Assembly (NCBI GenBank): GCA_965153455.1
Contig: OZ234494.1
Coordinates: forward strand, 2,480,001-2,544,000
Length of the DNA: 64,000 nt
Direction: 5' to 3'
Source: Sphagnum compactum
Lineage: Eukaryota
Under the pieces are notes generated by a model that saw only the letters and a program-made list of their open reading frames with translations, did not search any database and was not told where the DNA came from. The position numbers and the translations under genes are program-made. The stretch's first letter is position 1. Each line of letters opens with the position of its first letter. Below are positions 12,158 to 25,180 of this stretch, piece by piece.

Positions 12158-15100
12158 CAAACAATTGGAAGTAGGAGATAAACAACTTAGTCAAATGAAA
12201 ACATCTTAATCTCTAATTGTGTTTTGAAGAACGTAATCAAACCTATTTACTCTTTTACACTAAAAATATCTAAGTTCAAAAATCTTAGATATTTCACCCA
12301 ACATGGAACAAGTTCAGTATTCAAAACTAAATACTGTAATACCTTTACCATTCTGGCAATGATTAAATTATTTTAAGTAAATGTCAATTTTTTTAAAAAT
12401 CAATTGCCCACAATTTTTGAGTGCTGGAATTTCAGGAAATGCTTATTGTTACTGATGGAGTGAAGAAATGAAATATATATATATATATTAACACGTAGAT
12501 GCTGGAATGGTAAAGGTATTACAGTATGTTAATCTTGACACATTTGGAAGAAATACTACTAAAATCATACCCAAAATTCATTTTCTAAATATTGACATGA
12601 TTAACAAAAAATTAAATGACTATTAAATTGCAAGGAACCCTTGTAAATTATTAAATAATTTACTTTATCACTTGATTATTATCAGACTTCAATTTAAATC
12701 AAAGAAATGGACACGATATAACAAAGCTGAATTTACAAGAGAAATATATATATCCTGCATGAATCCAATGTACGAATGTCTCCTCTGGATGCAAGAGATA
12801 ACCAGAGCTAAAACCCAAACACGACACTGAATTGCAAAATTGAAAATGTAATTGTCTAGATTACAAAAAAGAAAAGCAATTAAAAAATCTGGATCAACTA
12901 ATCTGTCAGAATTCATAAATTATGTCTGTGCATGTTTGAAGGTACTCTAAGGTGAAATGAAAGGTATGTAACTTGCAAGAGAGTACTGCAAAAACAACCT
13001 ACAGAAAGCTACTCACTCCTTTGCAGGGTTGTCCATACTACATAGCCAACTAGCAGTACAATTTGCGTTGGAAATTGTCAACTTGATGTTGCAATTTGTC
13101 AGATTAGGTACACTGAACTGATGGCCACCCACATGAGTCACTACAACTGGCTTCTTCTCTTACTTCAGCTATCCCTTAGAACCAAGGCTCCCTCATCCGA
13201 ATTCCAGAATATATGTCTTGTTCTTCAGTTATGTCTCCTCAAGACTTTCACATAGTTGTGCTTGCTGAACCAGTAACAGACTTCCCTTGTTTAACAACGG
13301 GTTCATAGGTCATGAGGACCCCATGACTTATGGAAAGTAAGTTTTCATCAAAGTTAGGGGTCATCAAAGTCATCACCATATTTATGTGCATCTAAAAAAT
13401 CTACATCCACTAAAGAATTAAACAATGGATCAGGGACGCCAAACATGTTAGAATGATTCTGCAGGTCCAACATACAATCAACATCATGACTACAATTGTC
13501 CTTCCCACTACCATTACTAGAGCTAAAAGATAGATCCAAAGAGGCCATTTCAAAGCCCGGAACAAAAAATAACTTTGATTTTAGAATTCAGAAGTCATTG
13601 GAACCTACAAGAAAGATTTTAATAAAAATAAATGTGAGTAAAATAGAAAACTAAAGAACAGAAAAATAAAATCAAAACATAACAAACAATTACATAATGT
13701 TAGATAGCAAATGCCAAGATTAGGCAAGGTTGTACAAATGTACTTCCACTTACAAACAAATAAAAACAAAATGAAAACATAATCAGAAAACCTTAATGTA
13801 AAAGTTATACACAAAACCATACTAAAAGACCAAGCAACAACAACATAAATAAGATAAGTATTTTAACAAATAGCATTTAAGCAAGCAAAAATATCTTTGG
13901 TAGAGAGCACAAAGGTTATATTAAATGGCACAACCGTTGAATTGGGAATGACACAACACATCAATGCAACATGTGTTTAGAAAGAAAATCAAAATAACAC
14001 ATAACAACATGAACTACAAGGATATCAATGTGCAATGACAAAAATTACAAAACTCATGGTTGACAACAAAATGTCATACAAGCTCAAGAAGAAAACTTCT
14101 CAATACAAGATAAAAAAATAAGATCCAAACATAGAACAATGCAAACACTAAATTGCATTGAAAATTAACGAAAATTTGAATAATACAGTAGGCATGATGA
14201 AATTTACAAGCACCATAGTCAAGGAAAGAAACACAAGCAAATGGAGATTAAATGCAACACAATATGAAAAATGGAACTAGATCATAACACAACTCTATTA
14301 TAGCAACAAAAACAACAAAACCCTACTACTACCTAGCAAAACTTTGTTGTAGCACAAAGAGGACCCAAAACTTGTAAAGCACACCTTCCTCTCACAAAAG
14401 GTGCCATCTCAATGGTCTAATCGCAAAGATTTGGATTGATGAGGCTTCATTGATATAACACTCTCACACAAAGCAAAATCACATTAAATGTACAAAATAT
14501 GCATCTCCATTGTTCCACAATTCCTTCAATCCATGTGTGATCCCCAAACAACATCTCAACTACTTGTTACTTCAAATTCACACTAAAGGAAACATATCAA
14601 CCATCCAAATTATGATTTACATGAAATACATAAGTTCCAAAATTTTATATAATATGTTGGTATGGGTTGATCTTGTGCATTCAGATGCATCTTGGGTACA
14701 TTCATTTGAAATATACATTAAAAATATGTAAAAATTGACATTGATCCAATGATAGAGATATAATCTCATTGGATGTTTTGCTAGTTTATATGGATCCAAC
14801 AATGAATCTTAATATAATCCTATTAACATTTTCAAGTACCATTGTTAAGGATCCAATGTTAGACTTGAGATATAATGTTAAGGTGGCAAAACTCCATAAG
14901 AAAATTGAGTCACAAATGAATCATGAAAAAATAATCTTAAAAACCTAATACATTATTAGGTACCTAGTTTAAAATGACATAAGTATGTAGTGACATGGCA
15001 AGGGGAAGGGGGAGATATCTTGCAATATGTAGCACCAAAAATATATTTTTCTTTGAGATGTTAGAAAAGTTTTCACTTTTAACAAAATTTTGCCAATAAG

Positions 15101-17589
15101 AAAAAGATTATTGAAAAGGTGTCAACAATATGATCCAATAACACAACTTGACACAAGAAGAAATCTTGGGTTTTTCCATTACCCAAATCCACTATGTTTT
15201 AGTGAAATGGGACAAAGTTCACTAATATGTAACTTATATGGTTTTGGTAAAAAAAAACTAGTTGACTAAAACATATTTAATGAAATATTTTTTAGTTGTT
15301 TTGGGTAATGACATATTGCACTAACTGATTTGTAGTTTAAAAAAATTGACATGGATATTATGAGGTCCCAAGGTAATATGATGTGGATTAACATGCCAAA
15401 TCATCATGTAACATGTTTTAAACATGTGTTTTTAAAAAAAAAATCAATTGCGGATTGTAAATTTTTCACGGCATGCCGTGACAAAAATACATGTCGTGAT
15501 TTAATTTTAATAATATTATTATTTTTGGAATTTTTTAACAAAATGTTTTGAAGATATTCATTACCATCATCCATGTTTTGTATATCATATGGGTCAACAC
15601 AAGATCAAAAGAGCCACAAGTGTTACTTTACATTAGTCTTGCATGTCCTTTTTCCCCAAAACTTTTTCATACGAATGAATGTTTGAGTTTTTTTTTGGTA
15701 ACTTGTTATGAAAAATGATTAAAAAAATGCCCCAATAATTCCAAAAAAAATTCATTTTTTTAATAAATATGAATTTGTAAACATGTACAAATTCTATGTT
15801 TCATCTTGAAAAATGATGATAATTTGAAATCATACCAAAAAAGTTTTTTTTTTTTTATGTTGAATTTAACTAATATAAATTACAACTTTGTTTAATACAT
15901 CATGTACATATTACCCCATTTATATGTGGTAAAACACTCTTGAAGTTTTGAGATTTTGAATTTTCAAATGTACATATTTTCAAAGTTTTAATATTACACA
16001 TTTTTGAAATTGTGAATGTTTTTAAAATGTGTCTAATAGGTTATTATCATTTCACATTCTTTACCATCAACTTATTTATGTTATATGAGATCGTTGAAAG
16101 TCCTTTGTAAAAATGTCCGTTTTGAATGACAAAAAATTTCACTTTCAAAAGTCATTAACTAAACCAAAACTTAAAATTAAATCAAATGGATTTTTAATTT
16201 TATTTTCTTGACATTCATGTGTGTTGAAAATGAATAATGTGCCATGATTACCCTGGTTTCAAATGGGAAAAAAAAAACTCAGTTTTTTATGATAGAATCT
16301 TACATCCAACACCCTTTGTGGCTCCTTTGATTGTGTTTTGACCCATATTTATACATGATACGTCAATGTATATACACATTACATACATTAACATACACAT
16401 TCATCAAGGTTTGAACCCCATGACTTCATGGAAATACACCAAGGTCTTCACCACCAAACCAATTCAAGTATTTGATAAGATTAAAAAAAAGTTTAATTTT
16501 ATTATCTTCGATATGAAAGTATTTTAAAAATTCAAACTTTAACATCCATTTTCTTTTTCAAAATTTATTCAAATGCTACAAATGAAAACATGATCTTGAA
16601 AGTTATTCAATAGTATATTCGTGAAATTAATTATAATTTATAACTATGTAATATGAAGGGTTCAAAAAACAACTTAAAATAACATGTTATGAATAAAAAA
16701 AAATCTACAAATCTTTTTTGTGTAAATTCAATGTGAATTCAAAAGTGCTTTCATTAAATCTTAAACAAAGATATTTTTATTGTGTAAAATATATGTTCAA
16801 TTTTTGAAGAATTATAAGTTTTGTTTTCCTCAATATGATTTTTTACAATTTTAAAAAAAACCTTTTGCGATGTTATTTGAATTGTTATCACCCATAAGTA
16901 GTTTTACCCATATTTGCCTATAGAAGAGTTATGGAGTTGCAAATTTGTTTGTATCCTTCAATAATACTTTGAAAAAGTATCAATTTTAAATTTGATAAAA
17001 TTTGATTCTTTTTGGACAAAACCCTTGTTTAAATTCCCCCCCTTTAAATTGGCGAAAATTGGTCACTAGAAGAATAATTAATTAAATAATCAATATAACC
17101 ATTTTTTCTCAACATCATATTTCTTTAACAACATTACTTATAAACTAATAAAAATGATTAATTACACAACTTTGAAAAACATATCACAACATATTATTTA
17201 TATTATTTTTTCTAATAATGTAGCAATACATTTTACCTTTGTAGAAATAAAAGAAACATAATTTAGTGATATTTTGGAATTAAATAGTTGGATTACCCTC
17301 CTATGCCCTTTGGTCAACAATATTTTTTGTTTTTATCTTGGGTGGCAAATTTTTGCAAGTTGGTGGTTCTTTTTGGGGAAAAATTAGAAAATAATGATAT
17401 TTCCAAAAAAAATTCAAGGGGGTCATTCCTTTCAAAAATAAAAAATTATGTGAGTAAAAAATAAGGTGTTATATATTAGTTATTGGGTAAAAGATACTAT
17501 TATTCAAAATTAGATTTCTAATTAATATAGATTATGTAATAATTAATAATTAAAAATATAATTAATTATGTTGGTTTAAATATGTGTAT

Positions 17590-18800
17590 ATTCAAGTTTC
17601 ATTAATCTTTTGTAATACATTTCCATTTTCTTTGTTTTGCCATGTTTGGATGTCTTCAATTGCACTTACACCTTTTCATCATTATTCACTGTCTAAAAGT
17701 GTTTATAGCTCAATGAATGCATAACCAAGTTGTTCTTAGGTGAAATGTTTTGGCACAACATTGAGATTGGTTTGGTAAGGTAAACACAAATAGATTCACA
17801 ATGTTTTTGTCTATAATTTTACCATTGGCTTTTATTATAGCTTTGAACACTTGCACATGTGCATCATGATCAATTTCCTTGACATATGGAGGATATGGGA
17901 GTTGTTTCTTAGTATGCTATCTTTTTTTGGTTTTAATGTTGCAACATTTTTTGCTAAAGGTGGTACCCAAGTAGGTAACAACATGTACTCCCCACAGTAA
18001 CTCCAAGAAGTGCAATGTTTCCACTAACTGATGGAATTGTAATTCTTTTAAATATATTGAATAATTGTCTCTAATTATAAACATTCTTGTAGTAATATTA
18101 GGTTTTGTTGCACTCCATATGTACTAAAAAAATGTATGGATAAGACGGTGTTGTCGCTAAAAAAGGTGATGTTTGAAATATTTTTCCAATACCTCTTTTT
18201 GTTTCTCTAGGATTAATTGTTCATTTTGGATCTAGATCAAATGTTCGTTCTCCATTGCCTCCAGTAGGTACCATGATAGGTATTCTACTAGGTGTAAAAA
18301 TTACTAGTTGATGATAACTTCATGTTGGAATTTTAATTGTAAAACATCCAATTATGGGTGCACCTTTAGACCTCCTCATTTCATTTGTATGGGTGTTCCA
18401 AACAACATAGACATGTTAGACAAACCATGCCTAAGTTGAAACAATACTTGCATGTGGAATAATTGGTCTTGCCTTGACAAGTGCTAATATAATTAATACT
18501 GCATGGTTCATATAGGTGTTGAAACATGTATCACTTAAATAATAGGCTCACTATGAAATGGTACCTATTTTGCACTCCATTCATTTTAGTTGTAACATGT
18601 ATTGTTTCTAGCTATTGTTGATTGATTATCAACGCTTGGTTGGTGAATTGATCCATTGGTTCAGTAACCTTCACACATTCCCTTGTATTGCTCTTCTTTC
18701 CAACATATAACTTCTCCTCCATTCCTCCATAATCTCCCCATATAAAAATGAAAGGATCTTCTTCCTAATCTCCCTTTTCCATAAACCACACAAGGTTCAC
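17590..18800 (-). mobile_element. Ty3/gypsy gag remnant
   Basis: Minus-strand KKQLPYPPYVKEIDHDAHVQVFKAIIKANGKIIDKNIVNLFVFTL (~17780-17915) resembles the Retrotrans_gag core (DPDAH..F..AI.ANG..I.NLF.FTL); heavily degraded, upstream boundary approximate. Confidence 0.55.
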
Positions 18801-21744
18801 ATTCCACCCACAAAAGTACGTCCTTATCTTAATCTTTTCATAAGTCCCTCCTAGTTGATTGGTAGACAAACATCAATCACATAGTGCTATGGGCTAATTA
18901 ACCTAATGGCTTCACCTTCTAAATAAATTAAAAGACAATAAATGTGTCTACAACTAATAAATACTCAATTACTAGAAGGCCTACAGGACTAGCTAGTCTA
19001 AAAATATTTTTTACCTTCAACATTCTTTGGAAATAATCTAGGGTTGCGAATAAGTGAACATGAGTTTTTGACTCTTATTGTTTATTAGATGCATCCTTGT
19101 CCACATTACCTCCCAACCAATAGGTATAATACCTATTGAACATGGGGTTTGGTTTAATTATTGTGTAACGACCTGTTTATGTTCTTTTTTTGTGGTGATT
19201 CAAACTATTAATGGATAACTTTTGGAACATGTCCAATTCTCTCATGCACATTGACCATCTTAATTTCTTCAATTCTAGAAGAATCCTATTGGTGTTGATG
19301 CAATAACCAAACATGTTATAAAGGACACTATGTACCCTACAAGTCATTCTTTTGTTCTTGAAATCACAAAACTTACACAATGAACATTGCTAGAAGTGCT
19401 TGCAACCTCTTTACTACATGCTTCCTCTTGCATCTCACCTAGAACTTACTCATCTCTATTGCCTATTTGATTTAATTGCTTTTACAAATTGTTAAGTACC
19501 ATTCTTGACATGTTGACCCTAAATTCTAAACACTAAGTGTTCCTAGTTTTGTGGAAGACAATCCTTTTTGTGATGTCAAGAATCTTACTATAATTGTTAC
19601 TAGAAAGGATATTTGAAAAATGTAGCAACAAGTGCGATGCCAATTTTTAAAAAAATGCCAATAGGATATCTTGGTGTTTTTAGGGGGATTGTATGAATTA
19701 TTTCATTTTAACTTACATGGTGTTAATCTTGTGATGAATTTCGTGTTCTCCACTAACTATTCCAAGGTTTCCAAATATCTTGCTTGAATCAATGCAAGGG
19801 AGTGAGATAATAGGTGCTCCTTTTGTCGGGGTTATGGACATCATAATGGACTCGAATTATGTTTGACAATTGCAATCCAATAAAAGCTCGCCACAAACAA
19901 GATGCCAAGTCCAACCAACCTTTGCACCTTACTCTTTACCATAACCCTAACCCAGAAGTTCCCCCCAGGAGTTCCCAATATGAAGCCAACCATGATCATG
20001 AAGAAAGGCTATCAGATAATGCATTTGGGAATTTGGAAGGGTTTGTAAACGTGCTTGCATTTTTCAAGTCCCCAGCGACTTAAGATCATCTGCCGACAAC
20101 TGCAAAAGCTTAGGTGAAGCATCATACTACCTACCAAGCAGCAGCAGCAGCAGACAGATTTTGTCCTCTGTATGACACACTATTGATAACCAAAACCCAA
20201 AAAAAAAATCATCTGGCATTTGGGTATCTTTCTTTTTAACAATGTGTTTGTTGTATGCTGTGTCTTGAACTCATCCGGGATTGTACTAATAGGTAGCATA
20301 TACTACCTAATGGAGAAAGCTTGTGGCTTGTAAGAGGTTTTCAGACAAAAATATGTACTCCATAAAAAACAACAACCCATACACTATCTTCAATAACATA
20401 TCCTTTTTTGTGAAATTACAATTATCTTTCCTTTACTAGTGAGCCCATTTCTTTGAATTTGTTCTGCCAGTGTGTTTTCTAAACATGGCGATCATCCCTA
20501 ACAAGATGGATGGAGCATTCAACTGTTGTTGAAGCAGGCACATTTTGCTTTAATAACAAAAATAAAAGGAAATTTTTTTGGAAAAAATTTCGAGTATTTT
20601 TGCAATGATATACCCTGCAACTCTGGTTTACGGCCCCTTACGAAAATTTAAAGGAAAACGGGTCACCAGTAATTACAGTGCCAAAAATGTCATTAAAAAA
20701 AACACAAACACTGAACCTGTGAGCCTGCTGAATCGCTGATCCTCTCTGTGGACTCCTGCCAGTGTCAAACAGAGAGAAATAGGATACACACACACACACA
20801 CACACAACCCAGAGACTCATGTTCTTGCTTTATAAAGAATAATAGATTTCTTGCATGGCAAACGGAGGGGCCTCTGGAGTCTGGATTTGAACATTATGAT
20901 ATGAAGTGAATGTGTTCTGTTGCAGATCTTTGTCATTTATTGAATGGAAAAGGGGTTGCAACACACGACACGTATGTCAGAAAACAACAAACTACAATAA
21001 ATTTGTCCCACAAGAAGGAACAATGAAAGAACCTGGTAATAACTTCATTGATTTTACCTAGTGATGGTGAATCAATCACTTATTAGGCATTCATTGCACC
21101 TCCTGCAAGTAGCAGAAGTGTGCTCAAGCTGGTGCCGGTCAAGGTGGTGTGACTGAAGGAGGGAGGAGGGGAAACTGAGGAGGCAGGCTAAATAACTCTC
21201 TTGGGAAATTCACAAGAGGGGGATTGTGTACCCTTGGTTCTGGATGATGCCCAAAGCCTCATAAACTTAGACGCAAAAAATTTCAGGATTTGTGTACTAA
21301 TTTTTTCCATTGTGGGTGCTGAAGTAGCAAATCAAGACAACTGAAACTCAACTTGCCATAGCCAACTATTGGATCTCTTCCAAGTCTCTATAGACCTACA
21401 AGTGCAAATGAACCATAAGCCACACACAAACCAACTAAACAATTGAGAAGATGCCTATCTTTTCTCATTAACTGCAAAACTCTACTGAAGTATTGAAGCT
21501 GGTGTGTTCAACACCCCTCCTACAAACATATTTTGTAAAGAGCATCACTGCGCTATGATGCCAATGGATGAACCACTTTCTCTTGAACACAAGATTCAAA
21601 GTCTTTGATTCTACTGGAGAAATTGAAGTACACAAATTTGAGTACTGTAAACTTTTTTGAATGTGCAAGAAAAGATGGTTTGAACTTGGGGGAAGTGGGG
21701 GAAGAGGAAAGTGTACCTCCCAAACATTTCACAGGCTTTGGCGT

Positions 21745-21972
21745 TGTAGGAACATCCATATGATTCACACTTGACTACATAGGTATTTATTGTGTATGAG
21801 ATCAACGGTGATGATTAAGGATTGATCAAGATTGATTAGGTTGTTAGATTAGTAAGTTGGTAAGTAGTTGGTTACCAAATTAGTGAGTTTGCTTTTCTCT
21901 ACTTAACCCTCTTTGTAATGGTTTGTATCCACTTGTGTGGTTCATTTTTTATTAAAACTCTAAATTTCTACA
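21745..21972 (+). repeat. 5' LTR of the copia element
   Basis: 228 bp TGTAGGAAC..TTTCTACA, repeated at 24952-25180, followed by the PBS. Confidence 0.9.
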
Positions 21973-24951
21973 TGGTTTCAAAGCTTGAGGTTCGTAGTAG
22001 TGAAGCTTTGCTCCTGCTAAGTGTGATTAGTTGTTTGTTGATTAGTGAGCCTTGTTTTTGGTGATATGGTGCATGATTTCTAAATTATGGTCTGTGTGAT
22101 AGAGGTGTTTAAGAATTTTTTTGAATTATTTAATTTTGATTTGTTCTTTGATTTCTTCATGTTTTAGTTAGTACTCATGGTTCAATCTCGTCAATCTTCT
22201 GAGTTATTTGAACATCTAAACCTCAGTGGGGTAGGAGATTACACAACAACACATCTTGGGTTTTACAATTGAGTAATAAAACGACTATTGTTTTTTTTAC
22301 TACAATTGTAACTACAAGTTCATGTTAATGACTACGTAATTGTAAAGGACATTGTGGTGCCATGTGGCATTATAGTTTTGTGACTGTACTTGATATCATG
22401 ACTTGATGATCTTTACATAAATATCAAAATTTTAAAAATGTATTTTTAATGTATTTTTAATCATCCAAAATTAGGTAATAACAAAATCAATCACCCACAT
22501 GAGCCAACAATGGGATGACCCCATATCAAAAATTGTTTAAGGTTTCGCCCACGTTGGAACATTTGTGGGTTTGGGGTTGTGTTGTGTATGTGCATGAACC
22601 TGATGGTAACAAACCAACTTGGATTCAAAAAGCGAGCGGTGCATTATGGTCGGCTATTTTAATGAGTTTGAGGTGGTCAATTGTTATCATCCACTTGCCT
22701 ACAAAATTTTAATTAGTTAAAATGTCAAGTTTAATGAGCAAATTTTTTGGGCTTCACTCATTGACTCAAGTTCCAAGCCTCTTAGAAAAAATTTCAGATC
22801 ACTATGTTGTTATTGAGATCATTGACCCACCCACAACTGTTGCATCACATTGTTTGTCTGATTTGACAACGGAGCATGTTGAACTTCAAGATGTGACTAT
22901 AATTCAACAATTGTTGCAAGTGCATGTACATCATAAACGTATCAATCTGGATATAGTTGATAACTTGGAATAGCCATCAGCACTTGGAAATGGTGGGTAG
23001 CCATCAACACATGGAGATGGTTTGCTTACTACCACTAATGTTGCAACACCTATTGCTGATCCTAAAGATGTGGCATCACCAAGTCTTGATTCTATTGCTA
23101 TTGATTTTGCAATGCTTGTTGCTATTGATTCTCTAACTCTTGAATTTTATGTTCGTCGATCTAGACGTGTTCACACTCCTACTTGTCTACAAGGATATTT
23201 CAATGCTATTGAGACAGTTGAGGAACTTGTAAGTGGAAACTGGTGATGAACCCCAAAGTTTGCAAGAGGTTGCCAAAGACCCACACTGGATTAATGCAAT
23301 GGAACAAGAATATTCTTCTCTAGCACACAATGAGACATGGATCTTAATGAACTTTTCGCATGGTTGTCAATTGTTGTCAATCAAGTGGGTTTATCGTTTC
23401 AAGACTGGCAGTGACGGCACCCCTATGAAGTATAAAGCTTGTTTGGTTGCTTGTAAAAATGAACAATGACATGGATTGGATATTCAAGAAACATTTGCTC
23501 CTATTGTGAAATGGAGCACAATTAGTTGTCTTGTTTCACTAGCCACTCAACATGGTTGGGAGATTTGACATATGGATGCAAAATCAACCTTCCTCAATGG
23601 GTAGATTAAAAAAGATGTCTATGTTAAGCAGCCTCCTGGTTTTATTGTTCCCGGTCTTGTACATAAGTTATATAAATTAAAGAAAACACTATATGGGTTG
23701 TGTCAATCCCCTCTGGCTTGGCATGAAAGGATAGATGTTTATCTTCAAAAAACCAATTTAGTTCCTTGCGTAGCTGATCCTAGTCTATACATCTTTCAAG
23801 AAGATGGTCTAATACTTGCACTTACAATTTATGTAGCTGACCTTATGCTCACTAACAGTCATAATGCCAAGTTAGAGTGGGTTTGTGATGAACTTTGTTC
23901 TCAATTTGATATGTTTATACTAGGACTGCTCGCATTATATTTGGGTGTAGAATTTTTCTACACCACCCCTGGTGTGTTTCTCTCCCATGTTGGTACATTC
24001 TAAAATGTTTGTTCGATCTCGGTCTTGACGATTGCATCCCTAGTTTAGTTCCAGTAGAATTGAGCTTGCTGTTCAAAATTGACATGTTAGCTCCTTTTGT
24101 TGACCGAACATACTACTGTTGTGTTGTTGGGAAACTCTTTCATGTAACCCACACTCGACTTGATATTGCGTTTGCAATTGGGATGTGCATTCATTTTATG
24201 ACCAAACCCCAAGTTCTTCACCTTAAGGCTGCATTCACAGTTTTTTGATATTTCAAACATATTGCAGATCTTTGTTTGTTCTATCATCAGGGGGAGAATG
24301 TTTTGCCACATGATCACTCCGATAGTGATTATCAGGGAAATTTGGATGAAAGAAAATCCACCTCTAGTTTGTTTTTTCCTTTGGAACTACACCTACCTCT
24401 TGGAAATAAGCTTCAAGATGAAGTTGCTCGATCTAGTGTTGAAGTAGAAATCGGACCATGAATGAAGTAGCAAGAGAGGCTAATTGGTACAGAAACATTT
24501 GAGGAGAGATAGGTTTTTCTTTGATAATCTTCTGTGATAATCAGAGTAGTATTAAAATCGCCAAGAATCCTGTTCTTCATGCAAGAACAAAACATTTGGA
24601 AGGCAATTGTCATTACATTAGAGACCAGGTCAAGAAAAGTAGAGTGGACTGGACAAAAGAGCAAAATGTTGATATGCTGACAAAGCTTCTAAGTAGAGTA
24701 ATATTTGAAGAAAATAATGCATCACTTGACTTCCACAACAGGGTTGACAACTTCAAAGTGTGCGACATGCTATAATCAAAGAGACATCAATGACCGGGGG
24801 AGAATGTTGAAGTTCATCACATTGCCATGAACAATCTTAGAAGTTAAACAAGTTATAGAAGTCAGTGACCGGGGGAGGATGTTCAAGTTCATCACATTGC
24901 CATGAACAATCTTAGGAGTTAGCAAGTTATAGAAGTCAGTGACTGGGGGAG

Positions 24952-25180
24952 TGTAGGAACTTCTATATGACTCACACCTGACTGCATAGGTATTTACTGT
25001 GTATGAGATCAACGGTGATGATTAAGGACTGATCAAGATTGATCAGGTTGTTAGATTAATAACTTGGTAAGTAGTTTGGTTACCAAATTAGTGAGTTTGC
25101 TCTTCTCTATTTTACCCTCTCTGCAATGGTTTGTGTTCACCTGTGTGATCCCTTCTTGATGAAAACTTTGAGTTTCTACA
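24952..25180 (+). repeat. 3' LTR of the copia element
   Basis: 229 bp TGTAGGAAC..TTTCTACA, preceded by the PPT and followed by TSD copy GGCAT. Confidence 0.9.

Larger units (their letters stand above)
21745..25180 (+). mobile_element. Degenerate, internally deleted Ty1/copia LTR retrotransposon
   Basis: Direct LTRs TG..CA at 21745-21972 and 24952-25180 (~88% identical by hand count); PBS TGGTTTCAAAGC at 21973 (variant of the tRNA-iMet PBS TGGTATCAGAGC); PPT GGGGGAG ending 24951; TSD GGCGT/GGCAT. Pseudogenised pol: integrase end TPYQKLF..HLWVWGCVVYVH, RT EPQSLQEV..WINAMEQEYSSL..IKWVYRFK..YKACLVA..LTIYVADLML, RNase H IFCDNQSSIKIAKNPVLHARTKHLE. Confidence 0.92.

Noticed and set aside
13354..14700. 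64-aa acidic ORF and a Cys-rich stretch vaguely like a zinc finger
   Set aside because: Too degraded to assign; no consistent frame.
19050..20083. Possible LINE ORF1 remnant on the minus strand
   Set aside because: Only vague resemblance; no motif I can state with confidence without a profile search.
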